64,000 bases of DNA from Armatimonadota bacterium (GCA_043754515.1 JAYUUO010000282.1:12449-76448); one strand, 5' to 3'; shown: positions 28,457 to 37,882, numbered from the stretch's first letter. Numbers and translations: made by a program. The notes: a model not told the origin generated them from the letters alone.

Positions 28457-31400
28457 ATGAACACACAAATAACGCGTCGAGCGGGGCTGAGTGCCTCGCG
28501 CTTTGCGAAACGGGCGATGTACGCCGTTTCGCTGACGGCACTCACTCTGCCTGCCGCCTTCGCCCAGAGCGTCTCGCCGGGCGACAAACCCGCTGTCCCC
28601 GCCGCGGAACTGTTGCGAATCCAGGAGCAGCGGTCACTGTTGCCCGCCGCCCGTCTCGGCTCCAAGACCCGGAGCGGAACCGCCACGGCGAAGGCATCGG
28701 GGAGTGCTGTGCCGCTACGCGTTGACCTGGGTAACGTGAGTAACACCACATGGGAGTCCATCGGTCCTTTCGGATCGCGCGTGGTTTCGGGATCGCAAGG
28801 TGCGCTAGGAGTGTTGGGTTCCTACGTCGCCGGGCGCGTGAACGGCGTCGCTTATGACCCGAAGAACGCGAACATCATCTATGCGGCGACCGCGGGAGGT
28901 GGTCTCTGGCGATACAACGCGGCGAGCACTCTGTCCGCCGCGCCCACGTACCCATGGCGGCCTCTCGGCGACAAGTTTCCCTCACTCGCCTGTAACTGCG
29001 TCACGGTTAGCCCGTTCAACTCGAACGTGGTTTTCGCTGGAACGACGGCGGGAATACAGCGCTCTATAAACGGCGGCAACTCGTTCGTCACTATAGGCAC
29101 GCAACTCGGGTCGGTGACTAAGATCATCGTTGACCCCGACCGTAGTAACACCCTGTTCGCAACTTCGACCGGGGGAGGCATCTCCGTCTCAACTGACCTG
29201 GGTAACTCGTGGAGCAATGTCGCGCCCGGAACCAGGCTCGACGACGGGGTCGGCGCACCTAACTCAAAACCTCAACCCATCGGAGAGGAGTGGAACGGCG
29301 TCGCGATTTCGGCGGCAGACCCCGCCGACAAGAACGCAGTCAAAGCCCGGTCGCTGTACGCGACAAGTCGGCGCGGCGGGTTATACCAATCGCTCGATCG
29401 CGGGGCGACCTGGAACTTGGTGAACGCGCCGCTCCGGTACAACCCGATCTATGACCCCAATACCGGCACAACGCCGCACTTTGACCCGTACCGGGGCGGA
29501 TACGGCATTAAAGTGGCGACGAGTCTCACCGACCCGAAGACAGTTTATGTGATGGACTCGAACGAGTTATTCAACGACGGAAAGATCTTCGTTAGCCGGG
29601 ACGCAGGCGCGACATGGACGGAAATCAGTGGGAGCTACCCGGTGAATGAAGGTCCTAGCAACAACTGGTCAATCTCTTCGCGGAACCTTGCCATGATAGC
29701 TATTCCGCAATCAGTGCTGAATGAGTTCGGGATGTTCGACAGCGTGGACGCGGTTCTTGGTAGCGTTCGTACCACTTACTCGACGTTATTCAGCGGCGAC
29801 AGTGTTCTCAACGCGATTTATCCAGGACGCGACTGGACATTCGCTGGCCAAACCCACGTTGACCAGAAGGACTTCTCCTATACGCCGACGAACCCGCTCG
29901 GCGTCATAGCCGCGAATGAGGGTGGGATCTACGGGATGGTTTTCGATCCCAACTCGGGAACCTGGGCGTACAGCCCGACTCCTTACAACGCGTTCCTCGC
30001 CGCCACGGAGTTTTATGCGACGGCGTTCCACCCCTTCCGGGAACTTACCGCTTTGGGTGGGACGATCAATAACGGAGTGACGCGCACCCAGGGGAGCAAA
30101 ACTGGCTGGAGCCAGATCCCGACCGTGCCAGGGCCTTTCGGTCCTCTTCGGCCACGGTCGGTCTTGGTGGACGAGTTACCGACTGGCGCGGGTAACCCGG
30201 ATGGCTTTTTCGGTGGTCCCCCGGACGAGTCTGTTAACGCAGGCCTGTATGTTGGATCGGTAGCCTACGACTCTGGTAGTCCTAACATCCAGTATATCTA
30301 CGGCAGATTACGTAGTGGTAGTGGCAGTGACAGGGGGACGATTCTCGTTACCACGGATAACTGGCAGCATGGTTTCGATATTACGCCGAGCCGCACTATA
30401 CACAATGCGCAGGGGACCTCTTTCGTGTTGGCGGATGGGGTTACGAAAATTTATGCATTCAATCAGGTGAATGCACAGGATTCGTCCACGCCGACAAACT
30501 GGGCGGGGGAGACGAAGCGGTATCAGGGCATTCTTGCTGTTGATCCATCGGAGAGTGACCTGGGTTCCAGTCTCCTCTACTCCGGCGGATACTTCCTGTG
30601 GCGCTACGACCTACGGCCGGGTATCGCTCCGATCGTCAACAAACTCAACGTGGATCGCGGGATCTGGCGGCGGGTCGGTACGACGCAACTCGCCACACCC
30701 GAAACGGTGAACGGGACCATGTCGGAAGATTACATTACCGCCATCGCCGTCACAAGTGACGGGGGGCGCGTGTACGTCGGGACGCACCTCGGTCGCCTGT
30801 GGATGACGCGCTTCCCACGTAACGCGGACTCGACCGTTCCCATCCCGCTACTAACCGCGCCGTGGCTCAAGATGGATAATTCCACACTTCCGAGCCGATT
30901 TGATCCGCCCACGCCGGGGGGACAGATCCGCCGGGAAATTACCACGATCTCAGTGAACGAGAACACTTCCCTGTCAGACATCGTCGTCGGCGTGGCGGGG
31001 GCGGGGGTCTTCCGTTGCGCCAACACACTCAGCCAGAACTTCCTGTTCACCACCCAGAACGGCACCGGGATAGGCACGAACCTGCCCGACCTGAACGTAA
31101 CCACGATCGCTCGGGACACTATTTCAGGCGACCCCGACAACTCGTGGCTCGTCGGGACGAGTTCCGGCGTTTATTCCACCATCAACCAGGGTTCCTCCTG
31201 GGCGGATGCGACCGTGCCGCTTGGCTTGCCGCAGGTGCCGATCGTTTCGCTGGACATCAACCCGTTCACCGGCTTTGCCAGTGTCGGCACGGCGGGCCGC
31301 GGGGCTTGGCGGTTCGACCTCGAAGGCTCAATTGAAAACACCGCCGCGCCGAATCTGGGTATCAACTACGCGCTCTCGCGCAACGCGGGCGTCATTTACG

Positions 31401-31699
31401 GCACGATAACGGTGAACAACCTGCCGTCGGTCGCCAACCCGAATCCGGGGCAGGCGCAGAACGTGCAGATTACGAGCGCGAAACTAAACACACGGTCGGG
31501 AGGGATAACCGAAGCGGTCTCCACGCCGGTCAAACTCGGCACCATAGGCGTCGGCGCGAACAGTTCGCGCACGACGACCGTTACGTGGCCGAACGGAGCC
31601 GGCAAGCCCGGTGAAGTGGTCATCCTGACGGTTACCGTGACCTACAACTCGGCTAGCGGCAAGCCCGTCACGCTGACGTCGCGGACGCGTCTGCCGTAG
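28457..31699 (+). CDS. Large secreted BNR/Asp-box (Vps10-like) beta-propeller protein with C-terminal Ig-like domain
   Basis: Signal peptide AAFAQ; WESIGP, GRVNGVAYDP; Asp-boxes SINGGNSF, STDLGNSW, SLDRGATW, SRDAGATW, NQGSSW; GTAGRGAW. Confidence 0.8.
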   Translation: MNTQITRRAGLSASRFAKRAMYAVSLTALTLPAAFAQSVSPGDKPAVPAAELLRIQEQRSLLPAARLGSKTRSGTATAKASGSAVPLRVDLGNVSNTTWESIGPFGSRVVSGSQGALGVLGSYVAGRVNGVAYDPKNANIIYAATAGGGLWRYNAASTLSAAPTYPWRPLGDKFPSLACNCVTVSPFNSNVVFAGTTAGIQRSINGGNSFVTIGTQLGSVTKIIVDPDRSNTLFATSTGGGISVSTDLGNSWSNVAPGTRLDDGVGAPNSKPQPIGEEWNGVAISAADPADKNAVKARSLYATSRRGGLYQSLDRGATWNLVNAPLRYNPIYDPNTGTTPHFDPYRGGYGIKVATSLTDPKTVYVMDSNELFNDGKIFVSRDAGATWTEISGSYPVNEGPSNNWSISSRNLAMIAIPQSVLNEFGMFDSVDAVLGSVRTTYSTLFSGDSVLNAIYPGRDWTFAGQTHVDQKDFSYTPTNPLGVIAANEGGIYGMVFDPNSGTWAYSPTPYNAFLAATEFYATAFHPFRELTALGGTINNGVTRTQGSKTGWSQIPTVPGPFGPLRPRSVLVDELPTGAGNPDGFFGGPPDESVNAGLYVGSVAYDSGSPNIQYIYGRLRSGSGSDRGTILVTTDNWQHGFDITPSRTIHNAQGTSFVLADGVTKIYAFNQVNAQDSSTPTNWAGETKRYQGILAVDPSESDLGSSLLYSGGYFLWRYDLRPGIAPIVNKLNVDRGIWRRVGTTQLATPETVNGTMSEDYITAIAVTSDGGRVYVGTHLGRLWMTRFPRNADSTVPIPLLTAPWLKMDNSTLPSRFDPPTPGGQIRREITTISVNENTSLSDIVVGVAGAGVFRCANTLSQNFLFTTQNGTGIGTNLPDLNVTTIARDTISGDPDNSWLVGTSSGVYSTINQGSSWADATVPLGLPQVPIVSLDINPFTGFASVGTAGRGAWRFDLEGSIENTAAPNLGINYALSRNAGVIYGTITVNNLPSVANPNPGQAQNVQITSAKLNTRSGGITEAVSTPVKLGTIGVGANSSRTTTVTWPNGAGKPGEVVILTVTVTYNSASGKPVTLTSRTRLP

Positions 31700-31719
31700 A
31701 CACTACCCGGATAGGGAAG

Positions 31720-31759
31720 AGAGCGGCCGGCGGGAATCTCCCGCCGGCCGCTCTTTTTT
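31720..31759 (+). terminator. Intrinsic terminator closing the cell-surface cluster
   Basis: AGAGCGGCCGGCGGGA-atc-TCCCGCCGGCCGCTCT followed by a T run. Confidence 0.9.
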
Positions 31760-31776
31760 CGCCCGGTGTGGACTGA

Positions 31777-32433
31777 TTAGCGGCCTAGCCAGCCCAAGAA
31801 GAAGTAGAAAATGCCCCCCAGGCCGACTAGAAAACTGGCGTACCATATTGCCCGGATACGGGTGAGCGCGGAGATGGCGGACAGCGCGATGGCGACCTGG
31901 ATGAGCGAGACCGACCACGCGAAGCGGTGGTGGCGGTGCAGGTTGTGTTCGGACTCCTCCTCCAAGTGCTTCGCCTTCTCCATCAAGTCTTCCTCTTTGC
32001 CTTTCTCTTTCTCCGCGCGTCCGATGTATTCGGCGAGCCGCGCCGGTGGGGTAGCCGCCTTCCACGATGCTTCGGCCTTCTTCTCTCCGCCCTTCGCGGA
32101 ACCGGTCGGTTTCTCGCTGCCCTTCGCGGGGGCGATGCCCGCGTCTAGGAATGTGTTGGCTTGTAGCGTCAGCGCGTAATCCTTCTGCCGCGCCGCCTGG
32201 TATTCGCTCCACGTGTCCGACGCTTTCAACTGATTAATCATCGCCTCGTTCACGAGCGAGCCGGATTGGAGTGATCCGACCGCCGCGAACACGGCGAGGA
32301 ACGCGGTCGAAAGGGCGATATAGCGCACCCACGAGTTGCGGGTCTCCTCTTCCTTGTGCTCGCGCCGCTCCTCCTGCAACTCGGACAGGGTCTCCTGCAT
32401 CTCGTTCGTTTCTATCTCGGGTCCTTCGGGCAT
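31777..32433 (-). CDS. DUF4337-like membrane protein
   Basis: IALSTAFLAVFAA, ASDTWSEYQA, HHRF...LIQVAIALSAISALTR. Confidence 0.75.
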   Translation of the reverse strand: MPEGPEIETNEMQETLSELQEERREHKEEETRNSWVRYIALSTAFLAVFAAVGSLQSGSLVNEAMINQLKASDTWSEYQAARQKDYALTLQANTFLDAGIAPAKGSEKPTGSAKGGEKKAEASWKAATPPARLAEYIGRAEKEKGKEEDLMEKAKHLEEESEHNLHRHHRFAWSVSLIQVAIALSAISALTRIRAIWYASFLVGLGGIFYFFLGWLGR

Positions 32434-32621
32434 TCTTTTTTCCTGTTCAGAATAGGGTACAACTGGTGACATGCCGAATACGGCTAGGCGTAACCGATTG
32501 TGTGATATTTCATAGTGATCCGGCGCGCCAACGCCCGCCCTACACGCAACGATTATACACCTTACGTGTCACAAGATTAGGCAGCGCGATAATGACCCGC
32601 GCCGCCGTGGAGAAAGCTAAC

Positions 32622-33875
32622 GTGAAAGTCTCGATTTTACAACGATCCTTAATTCCTTTCGGAGCGGCTTTGATCGCGTCGGGATGCTCGCACCAGCAGC
32701 CGGTCGCGATGGCACCACCGACGTACCAGTCGCAACCCGTGCCGATGAATAACGCGCCCCAGATGGGCGGCGGGGGCGGCATGATGGCCGGCAATCCGCA
32801 AGGGGGGGGAGGGGGACAGGCTGGCCAGGGTAGCGTCTATAACTGGGCGGATGTTCCCGCCGGACAGCAGGTGCCGATCATTCGCGCCGTGTTCGATCAG
32901 GGCGGCTACCAGCTCTTCGCGCAGAGCGGCGAGACTATCGTGGTACCGTTCGTAAACCAGAACATGTATGTCATGCGCTTCGGCCAGACCGGTAGCGGTA
33001 TGTACTTCATCAATGACGGTAAAACGCCTACCCTCTTCGTGCAACCGGGTGCCTCTTTAGAGAACGCCTCCGCTCAGGGGGCGCGCTGGTACCCGTTCCC
33101 ACAGAACTACCAATATACCCAGCCGGTGTACATGGGCCTCGCGCCGAGTTGGGGGCAGTTCGTCAATATGGGATGGTACCCTGGCATGAGCTACTACGGC
33201 GGCTACTACGGGTACAGCCCGTTCGGCATCGGCTCGTTCTTGCCGATGGCGGGCTTGTATTTCAACATCGGCGGGCGGCCCTATTACGGCTGGGGCGGCT
33301 ACAACTCGTATTACCGCTCGAACCCGAACTTCACGCGGATGCGCACCGTGTACAACTACAATTCGGTCGGCTCCAGTCGGTCTGGCTCGTTCGGTAGCGG
33401 GGCGCGTAGCGGCGGGTTCGGGCGTAATAGCGGCTCTGGCTCGTTCGGCTCGGGGCGTACAATGGGCGGCTCCGGCTTCGGGCGCAACAGTGGTAGCGGC
33501 TCGTTCGGGTCGGGACGCACATCCACGGGGGGCGGTGCTTTCGGTTCCGGGCGAACGTCGTCGGGAAGCGGGTCTCTCGGATCGGGTCGCCCCGCAGGCG
33601 GTGGCGGCTCGTTCGGCGGGGGAGGCGCGCCCGCGCAACGGCCTTTCGGCGGAGGCGGGGGTAGCTTCGGCGGCACCACGCGGACCGCGCCCTCCGGCTC
33701 GTTCGGGGGTGGGTCATCGGGCTACCGTGGTGGTGGCTCCTTCGGCGGCGGTCGCCCCTCGTCCGGCGGGTCCTTCGGCGGCGGTTCGTTCAGCGGGAGC
33801 CGGCCTTCCGGGGGCGGGTCGTTTGGCGGCGGGCGGTCCTCGTTCGGCGGCGGTGGCGGCGGAAGGAGACGGTAG
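32622..33875 (+). CDS. Lipoprotein with Tyr/Gly-rich segment and long FG/Gly/Ser/Arg low-complexity tail
   Basis: GGAG SD before GTG; lipobox-like IASGC; folded core VYNWADVP...FDQGGYQL; tail of GSFGSGR/SFGGG repeats ending GGRRR. Confidence 0.8.
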   Translation: MKVSILQRSLIPFGAALIASGCSHQQPVAMAPPTYQSQPVPMNNAPQMGGGGGMMAGNPQGGGGGQAGQGSVYNWADVPAGQQVPIIRAVFDQGGYQLFAQSGETIVVPFVNQNMYVMRFGQTGSGMYFINDGKTPTLFVQPGASLENASAQGARWYPFPQNYQYTQPVYMGLAPSWGQFVNMGWYPGMSYYGGYYGYSPFGIGSFLPMAGLYFNIGGRPYYGWGGYNSYYRSNPNFTRMRTVYNYNSVGSSRSGSFGSGARSGGFGRNSGSGSFGSGRTMGGSGFGRNSGSGSFGSGRTSTGGGAFGSGRTSSGSGSLGSGRPAGGGGSFGGGGAPAQRPFGGGGGSFGGTTRTAPSGSFGGGSSGYRGGGSFGGGRPSSGGSFGGGSFSGSRPSGGGSFGGGRSSFGGGGGGRRR

Positions 33876-33878
33876 ACG

Positions 33879-34328
33879 ATGAATAATCTGATGTTCCGCA
33901 CCGGGGGCAATTGGGACAGCACCACGCTCCATAACAATGGCGTCGAGGTTCCGGCGGCGCAACTCTTCATCGAGTTGCTCGCCGGACGTGACGACTACGG
34001 CAACCCGGATGCGGGCGGCATCTATGCCGGTACACAGTTGACCGCTATCGTCCGTCCGCAAGACGACCCGATGAATCCGATGGACATATTGCCGGGGCGC
34101 GTCTCCGTGCAGTTTCCAGGGCACGAGATCATCATCGAGAACCTGCACCCGCTCGTGATGCTTGACAATACGCACGTCTGGTACAACGGCGAGGACATCA
34201 CGCACCGCGTCGTGGATGTGTACGTTGATGTGAACGTCGTGGATGATGTCGTGAGTGCTTACGTCACCCTCTACAAGCCGCACTGGATCGCAGCCGATGA
34301 AGTCATTACCTACTCGATAGCCGGATAA
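33879..34328 (+). CDS. Beta-rich hypothetical protein A (internal two-fold repeat)
   Basis: Starts 3 nt after the upstream stop, with AAGGAG SD; no signal peptide. Confidence 0.8.
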   Translation: MNNLMFRTGGNWDSTTLHNNGVEVPAAQLFIELLAGRDDYGNPDAGGIYAGTQLTAIVRPQDDPMNPMDILPGRVSVQFPGHEIIIENLHPLVMLDNTHVWYNGEDITHRVVDVYVDVNVVDDVVSAYVTLYKPHWIAADEVITYSIAG

Positions 34329-34352
34329 AAAAGAAGAGCAGAAAGACAAACC

Positions 34353-34862
34353 ATGTTTGGTACCAATAAAACAACCGCCCCGCCCGCCCGCCCCGCCGCC
34401 GCCGAAGTCGCCCGATTCCGGAATAACCTGACGCACGTCATCGTGAGCGGGGGGGCACCCGACGGTATTAACGTGTTCGTCAACGCCGTCCCGGTGCTTA
34501 CGGGTGCCATCGAGAGCCTTAGCGTCACCATCGTCGCGCCCGGCGACGGCGACGCCGGGACGCTGACCGGAATACTGTCCCGCTACGAGACCGGCGCGGA
34601 CGGCACACGCACGCAGCAAGCCGTGGCCCTTTTTCCCGGCACGGTGGAGATCGTTACGAAGCAGAGGCGACTCGTAGTGTCCTGCCAGGAACCGGGCGTG
34701 TTCGACGGGCTGTGGCTCGGCTTGGGCATGAACGAAGACGGTACGAGTAGCGAGCTAACCGGGGTCCAGAGCCTGCATGTGGTTGTTACGCCGTCCCTGT
34801 GCGACGCGAAACTGACGTGGAGCGAGGACGGCACGACCGAAGACATTTTCCCGCTCACTTAA
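34353..34862 (+). CDS. Beta-rich hypothetical protein B (apparent paralog of A)
   Basis: Co-oriented, 24 nt gap; motifs co-linear with those of protein A. Confidence 0.78.
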   Translation: MFGTNKTTAPPARPAAAEVARFRNNLTHVIVSGGAPDGINVFVNAVPVLTGAIESLSVTIVAPGDGDAGTLTGILSRYETGADGTRTQQAVALFPGTVEIVTKQRRLVVSCQEPGVFDGLWLGLGMNEDGTSSELTGVQSLHVVVTPSLCDAKLTWSEDGTTEDIFPLT

Positions 34863-34877
34863 GTGGGAGTGACATAG

Positions 34878-34929
34878 ATCGCGGGCGCGGGGGATGGGTT
34901 CGATCCCCTCCCCCGCGCCCGCGATTTTA
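34878..34929. terminator. Long hairpin, probably a terminator, between convergent genes
   Basis: 17-bp perfect inverted repeat ATCGCGGGCGCGGGGGA / TCCCCCGCGCCCGCGAT followed by TTT. Confidence 0.8.
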
Positions 34930-34932
34930 CGA

Positions 34933-36693
34933 TCAGCGGCGGGGCGGGCGGGCGCCCTCCTGCGGATGCGCTACCTTCGCCATCACCTTCTGCCCGCGCA
35001 GTTTGGTCCGGTTCAGCGCGTCAATCACCTCGTCCACGCGGTCGGAGGGCACTTCCACGAACGCCGCGCGATCCAGAATGTCAATCGCACCGACCTGCTT
35101 CCCGACTAGCCCGACCTTGGACGCGATCACGCCGACCAGATCGCCGGGGCGTAACCCGTCCTGCCGACCGAGCGGCACGAACAGCCGCGTCATGCCCGCC
35201 TCGGGCTGCTCGGAGTCCGCCGCGATCGCGTCCTCCGACTCCTCCTCGGACGGTCCGCGCGACTCCCAGAGCATCTGCAGAGCCGCCGCCGCCACTTCCG
35301 CCGCGTCGAACTCTTCCGAGAGCGCGGCGACTACCGGGCGTTGCCGGTCGAAGTCGTCGGCTTCGAGCCGCGCCCGGACTGCGGTGACGAACGTCTCGCG
35401 CCGCCGCGCCGCTATATCCGCCGCCGTCGGGATCCGCGCGAGCACGATCTTCGCGCCGGTCATCTGCTCGATCATGCGCAGGTTACGCCGCTCGCGCGGC
35501 TCGATCAGCGTGATCGCGTCGCCCGTGCGCCCGGCCCTCCCGGTGCGGCCGATGCGGTGGATGTACTGCTCGACGTCCCACGGCATGTCGAAGTTGATGA
35601 CGTGTGTCACCGTCTCGATGTCCAACCCTCGCGCGGCGACGTCGGTGGCGATTAGCAGTTCGGAACGCCCTTCCTTGAACGACTTCATCACCCGGTCGCG
35701 TTCGGACTGGTTCATCTCCCCGTGTAGTGCCTCGGAGTCGTACCCGCGCTGGCGCAGTGCCTCGGCGAGCTCGCTCGTCTCCTGGCGCGTACGGCAGAAA
35801 ACGATGGTCGGTCCGGGCGTCTCCATATCCAGTACGCGAGCGAGGGCGTCGCGCTTCTTGCCGGGTTGCACTTCGTAGTAAGTCTGTTTCGTCGTGTCTA
35901 GGGTGCGCCGCTGGCTCTCGATCTTCACGTACTCAGCGTTCGGCAGGAACTTCTTGACCAGCGCGGCGATGCGGGGCGGCATCGTCGCGGAGAACAGAGC
36001 GACTTGGCGGGTGGTCGGCAGTTCGGCGAGGATCGTCTCAATGTCCTCAATGAAGCCGAACGCCAGCATCTCGTCGGCCTCGTCCAGGGCGCAGAACTTA
36101 ACCTGCGACAGGTCGAGCGAACCGCGACGCAGGTGGTCCTGGATGCGCCCCGGCGTCCCGACAACGATCTGCGCGCCCATCTTCAGCGCGCGGAACTGGC
36201 GATCAATCGGTTGTCCGCCGTAGATCGGGACGACGCGCATAGGGGTGCCCTTCGCGAGCAGGTGGAACTGTTCGGCGACCTGAACGCACAACTCGCGCGT
36301 CGGCACCATGACCAGTGCCTGCGTATGCGGCTCGCTTGCGTCCGCGTGGGTTAGTAGCGGGAGCGCGAACGCGGCGGTCTTGCCAGTACCGGTTTGTGCC
36401 TGTCCGATCAAGTCGCGCCCCGTGAGCAGGATCGGGATCGCCCGTGCTTGGATGGGGGTAGGCGTCTCCCAACCGGCGGCGCGTACCGCGAGGCGGAGCG
36501 GCTCCGGCAGTCCGAGATCGTCGAACGACGGCGCGGAGTCTTCCATACTATTTTCTGGCCCAGACTCGGGCGTAGCGGTGAGGTTTTCGGCTTCGGCGGC
36601 TGGCTTCGGTCGTTTCGGCTTCTTCTCGGAGGGCGCGTCGGGCGCGTCTGATCTCGATTTCATACCGGCAGGACGGGTTATCTTTTTTTGCAC
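34933..36693 (-). CDS. deaD: DEAD-box RNA helicase with C-terminal DbpA-type RNA-binding domain
   Basis: AQTGTGKT, PTREL, TPGR, LDEADEM, SATMP, ATDVAARGLD, HRIGRTGRAG, GRQDGLRPGDLVG. GTG start chosen after a GAAGGA SD. Confidence 0.92.
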   Translation of the reverse strand: MQKKITRPAGMKSRSDAPDAPSEKKPKRPKPAAEAENLTATPESGPENSMEDSAPSFDDLGLPEPLRLAVRAAGWETPTPIQARAIPILLTGRDLIGQAQTGTGKTAAFALPLLTHADASEPHTQALVMVPTRELCVQVAEQFHLLAKGTPMRVVPIYGGQPIDRQFRALKMGAQIVVGTPGRIQDHLRRGSLDLSQVKFCALDEADEMLAFGFIEDIETILAELPTTRQVALFSATMPPRIAALVKKFLPNAEYVKIESQRRTLDTTKQTYYEVQPGKKRDALARVLDMETPGPTIVFCRTRQETSELAEALRQRGYDSEALHGEMNQSERDRVMKSFKEGRSELLIATDVAARGLDIETVTHVINFDMPWDVEQYIHRIGRTGRAGRTGDAITLIEPRERRNLRMIEQMTGAKIVLARIPTAADIAARRRETFVTAVRARLEADDFDRQRPVVAALSEEFDAAEVAAAALQMLWESRGPSEEESEDAIAADSEQPEAGMTRLFVPLGRQDGLRPGDLVGVIASKVGLVGKQVGAIDILDRAAFVEVPSDRVDEVIDALNRTKLRGQKVMAKVAHPQEGARPPRR

Positions 36694-36837
36694 ACATTTC
36701 CTTCTTCCGTTTGTTTCTGACCAATAATACCAGTTTATGCGTAACAGTGTGCGGAAATGGGTAGGATACGCATACCGATGAAAAGTGATGCGAACGGCTG
36801 ACGAGCTGGTATCGTTCTCACCCTGGAGATTACGTAG

Positions 36838-37323
36838 ATGTCGAAGACGCGAACGCACGAGGCGATGCTGGATCACGAGCCGAAGGAGATGCCGATGATC
36901 AGTCTGACGTTCCACCTGCCGGAAGCACTCCCATATATAGTTCACCTCCGTAAGACGGCGCGGTGTTTAATAGAGAGTTTGGGGATCTCTATCCAGGACA
37001 CTGATGACCTAGAACTCGTGATCGGCGAACTCGCGACCAACGCGGTGCGCCACGCGCGGGGTGGGGACTATTCTGTCACGCTCGAATTTCTCACACACGA
37101 AGCCTCTGTCACCGTGGTTGACAGCGGAGCGGGATGGCGCACCGACACAATACCTTTACCCGGCTCGTCGCGCCCAGACGAATTAAGTGACGATATGGCG
37201 GAAAGGATCGGCGGGTTCGGTCTGCCGCTCGTCCACTCGGTCTCGGATCATGTCGAGATTCACCCGAACGCGATCAGTGGAACCACGGTCCGCGTGCGCA
37301 AGGTATTGCAGTCCCGTAACTAA
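36838..37323 (+). CDS. RsbW-like anti-sigma factor / Ser-Thr kinase (HATPase_c_2)
   Basis: DLELVIGELATNAVRHA, VVDSGAG, GGFGLPLV, GTTVRVRK. Start may be further downstream. Confidence 0.85.
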   Translation: MSKTRTHEAMLDHEPKEMPMISLTFHLPEALPYIVHLRKTARCLIESLGISIQDTDDLELVIGELATNAVRHARGGDYSVTLEFLTHEASVTVVDSGAGWRTDTIPLPGSSRPDELSDDMAERIGGFGLPLVHSVSDHVEIHPNAISGTTVRVRKVLQSRN

Positions 37324-37514
37324 CCGGGAGAGTGTCCGGACACCTCTGCGTCCGCGTCTGATTCGGTCTGGTTCGTGCGTTTGCGATTTCGCGACGGTTG
37401 GGTAGAACCGGGGAACTAGAGCGGCCCCCGTCACGCTCTAGATGTAGTGCTCGTTTAACGGAAAAGGTCGCTACCCCGTATCCATGGGCGCGGCTTTGAG
37501 AAGGAACAAAAATC

Positions 37515-37823
37515 ATGTCATTTAACACAACTATCCGCCGTAATGCTGTTGCTTTCGTCGCGGTCGTCTCGCTGATGCCGATCAGCACGGCGTTCGCGCA
37601 GACCACGGCTCCGGCCGCTAAAAAGCCGAACTTCATCCAGCGTCACCCGACCGCGACCGGCTTAGTGGCTGGCGTCGCAACGCACTCGGCCCTGAAGCAC
37701 TCGGCGGCGCAAAAGAAGGCGCGCCACCAGAAGCTTAACTTCGCGGAGAAGCACCCGACCATTACCGGGATCGCCGCCGGTATGGGGACGAAAGCCGTCG
37801 TCAAGAAGTCTACGCCGCACTAG
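37515..37823 (+). CDS. Small secreted basic protein with a duplicated motif
   Basis: AAGGA SD; signal peptide TAFAQ; repeat NFxxxHPTxTGxxAG present twice. Confidence 0.75.
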   Translation: MSFNTTIRRNAVAFVAVVSLMPISTAFAQTTAPAAKKPNFIQRHPTATGLVAGVATHSALKHSAAQKKARHQKLNFAEKHPTITGIAAGMGTKAVVKKSTPH

Positions 37824-37837
37824 CAGTCCGCGGTGCG

Positions 37838-37882
37838 GTCCCCGGCCACGGCACTCATTCCGCCGTAGCCGGGGGCTTTTTT
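37838..37882 (+). terminator. Intrinsic terminator
   Basis: GTCCCCGGCCACGGC / GCCGTAGCCGGGGGC stem followed by TTTTTT. Confidence 0.8.

Noticed and set aside
33369..33872. CRISPR or DNA tandem-repeat array
   Set aside because: The repeats are degenerate at third codon positions and lie in frame within a CDS; there are no constant repeats with spacers and no cas genes.
34895..34908. tRNA, suggested by the T-loop-like GGGTTCGATCCC
   Set aside because: It is the apex of one long hairpin between convergent genes; there is no D arm, anticodon arm or CCA end.
36694..36945. N-terminal extension of the DEAD-box helicase overlapping the RsbW-like gene
   Set aside because: It has no helicase-like content and covers the divergent promoter region; an SD-supported GTG lies at 36693.
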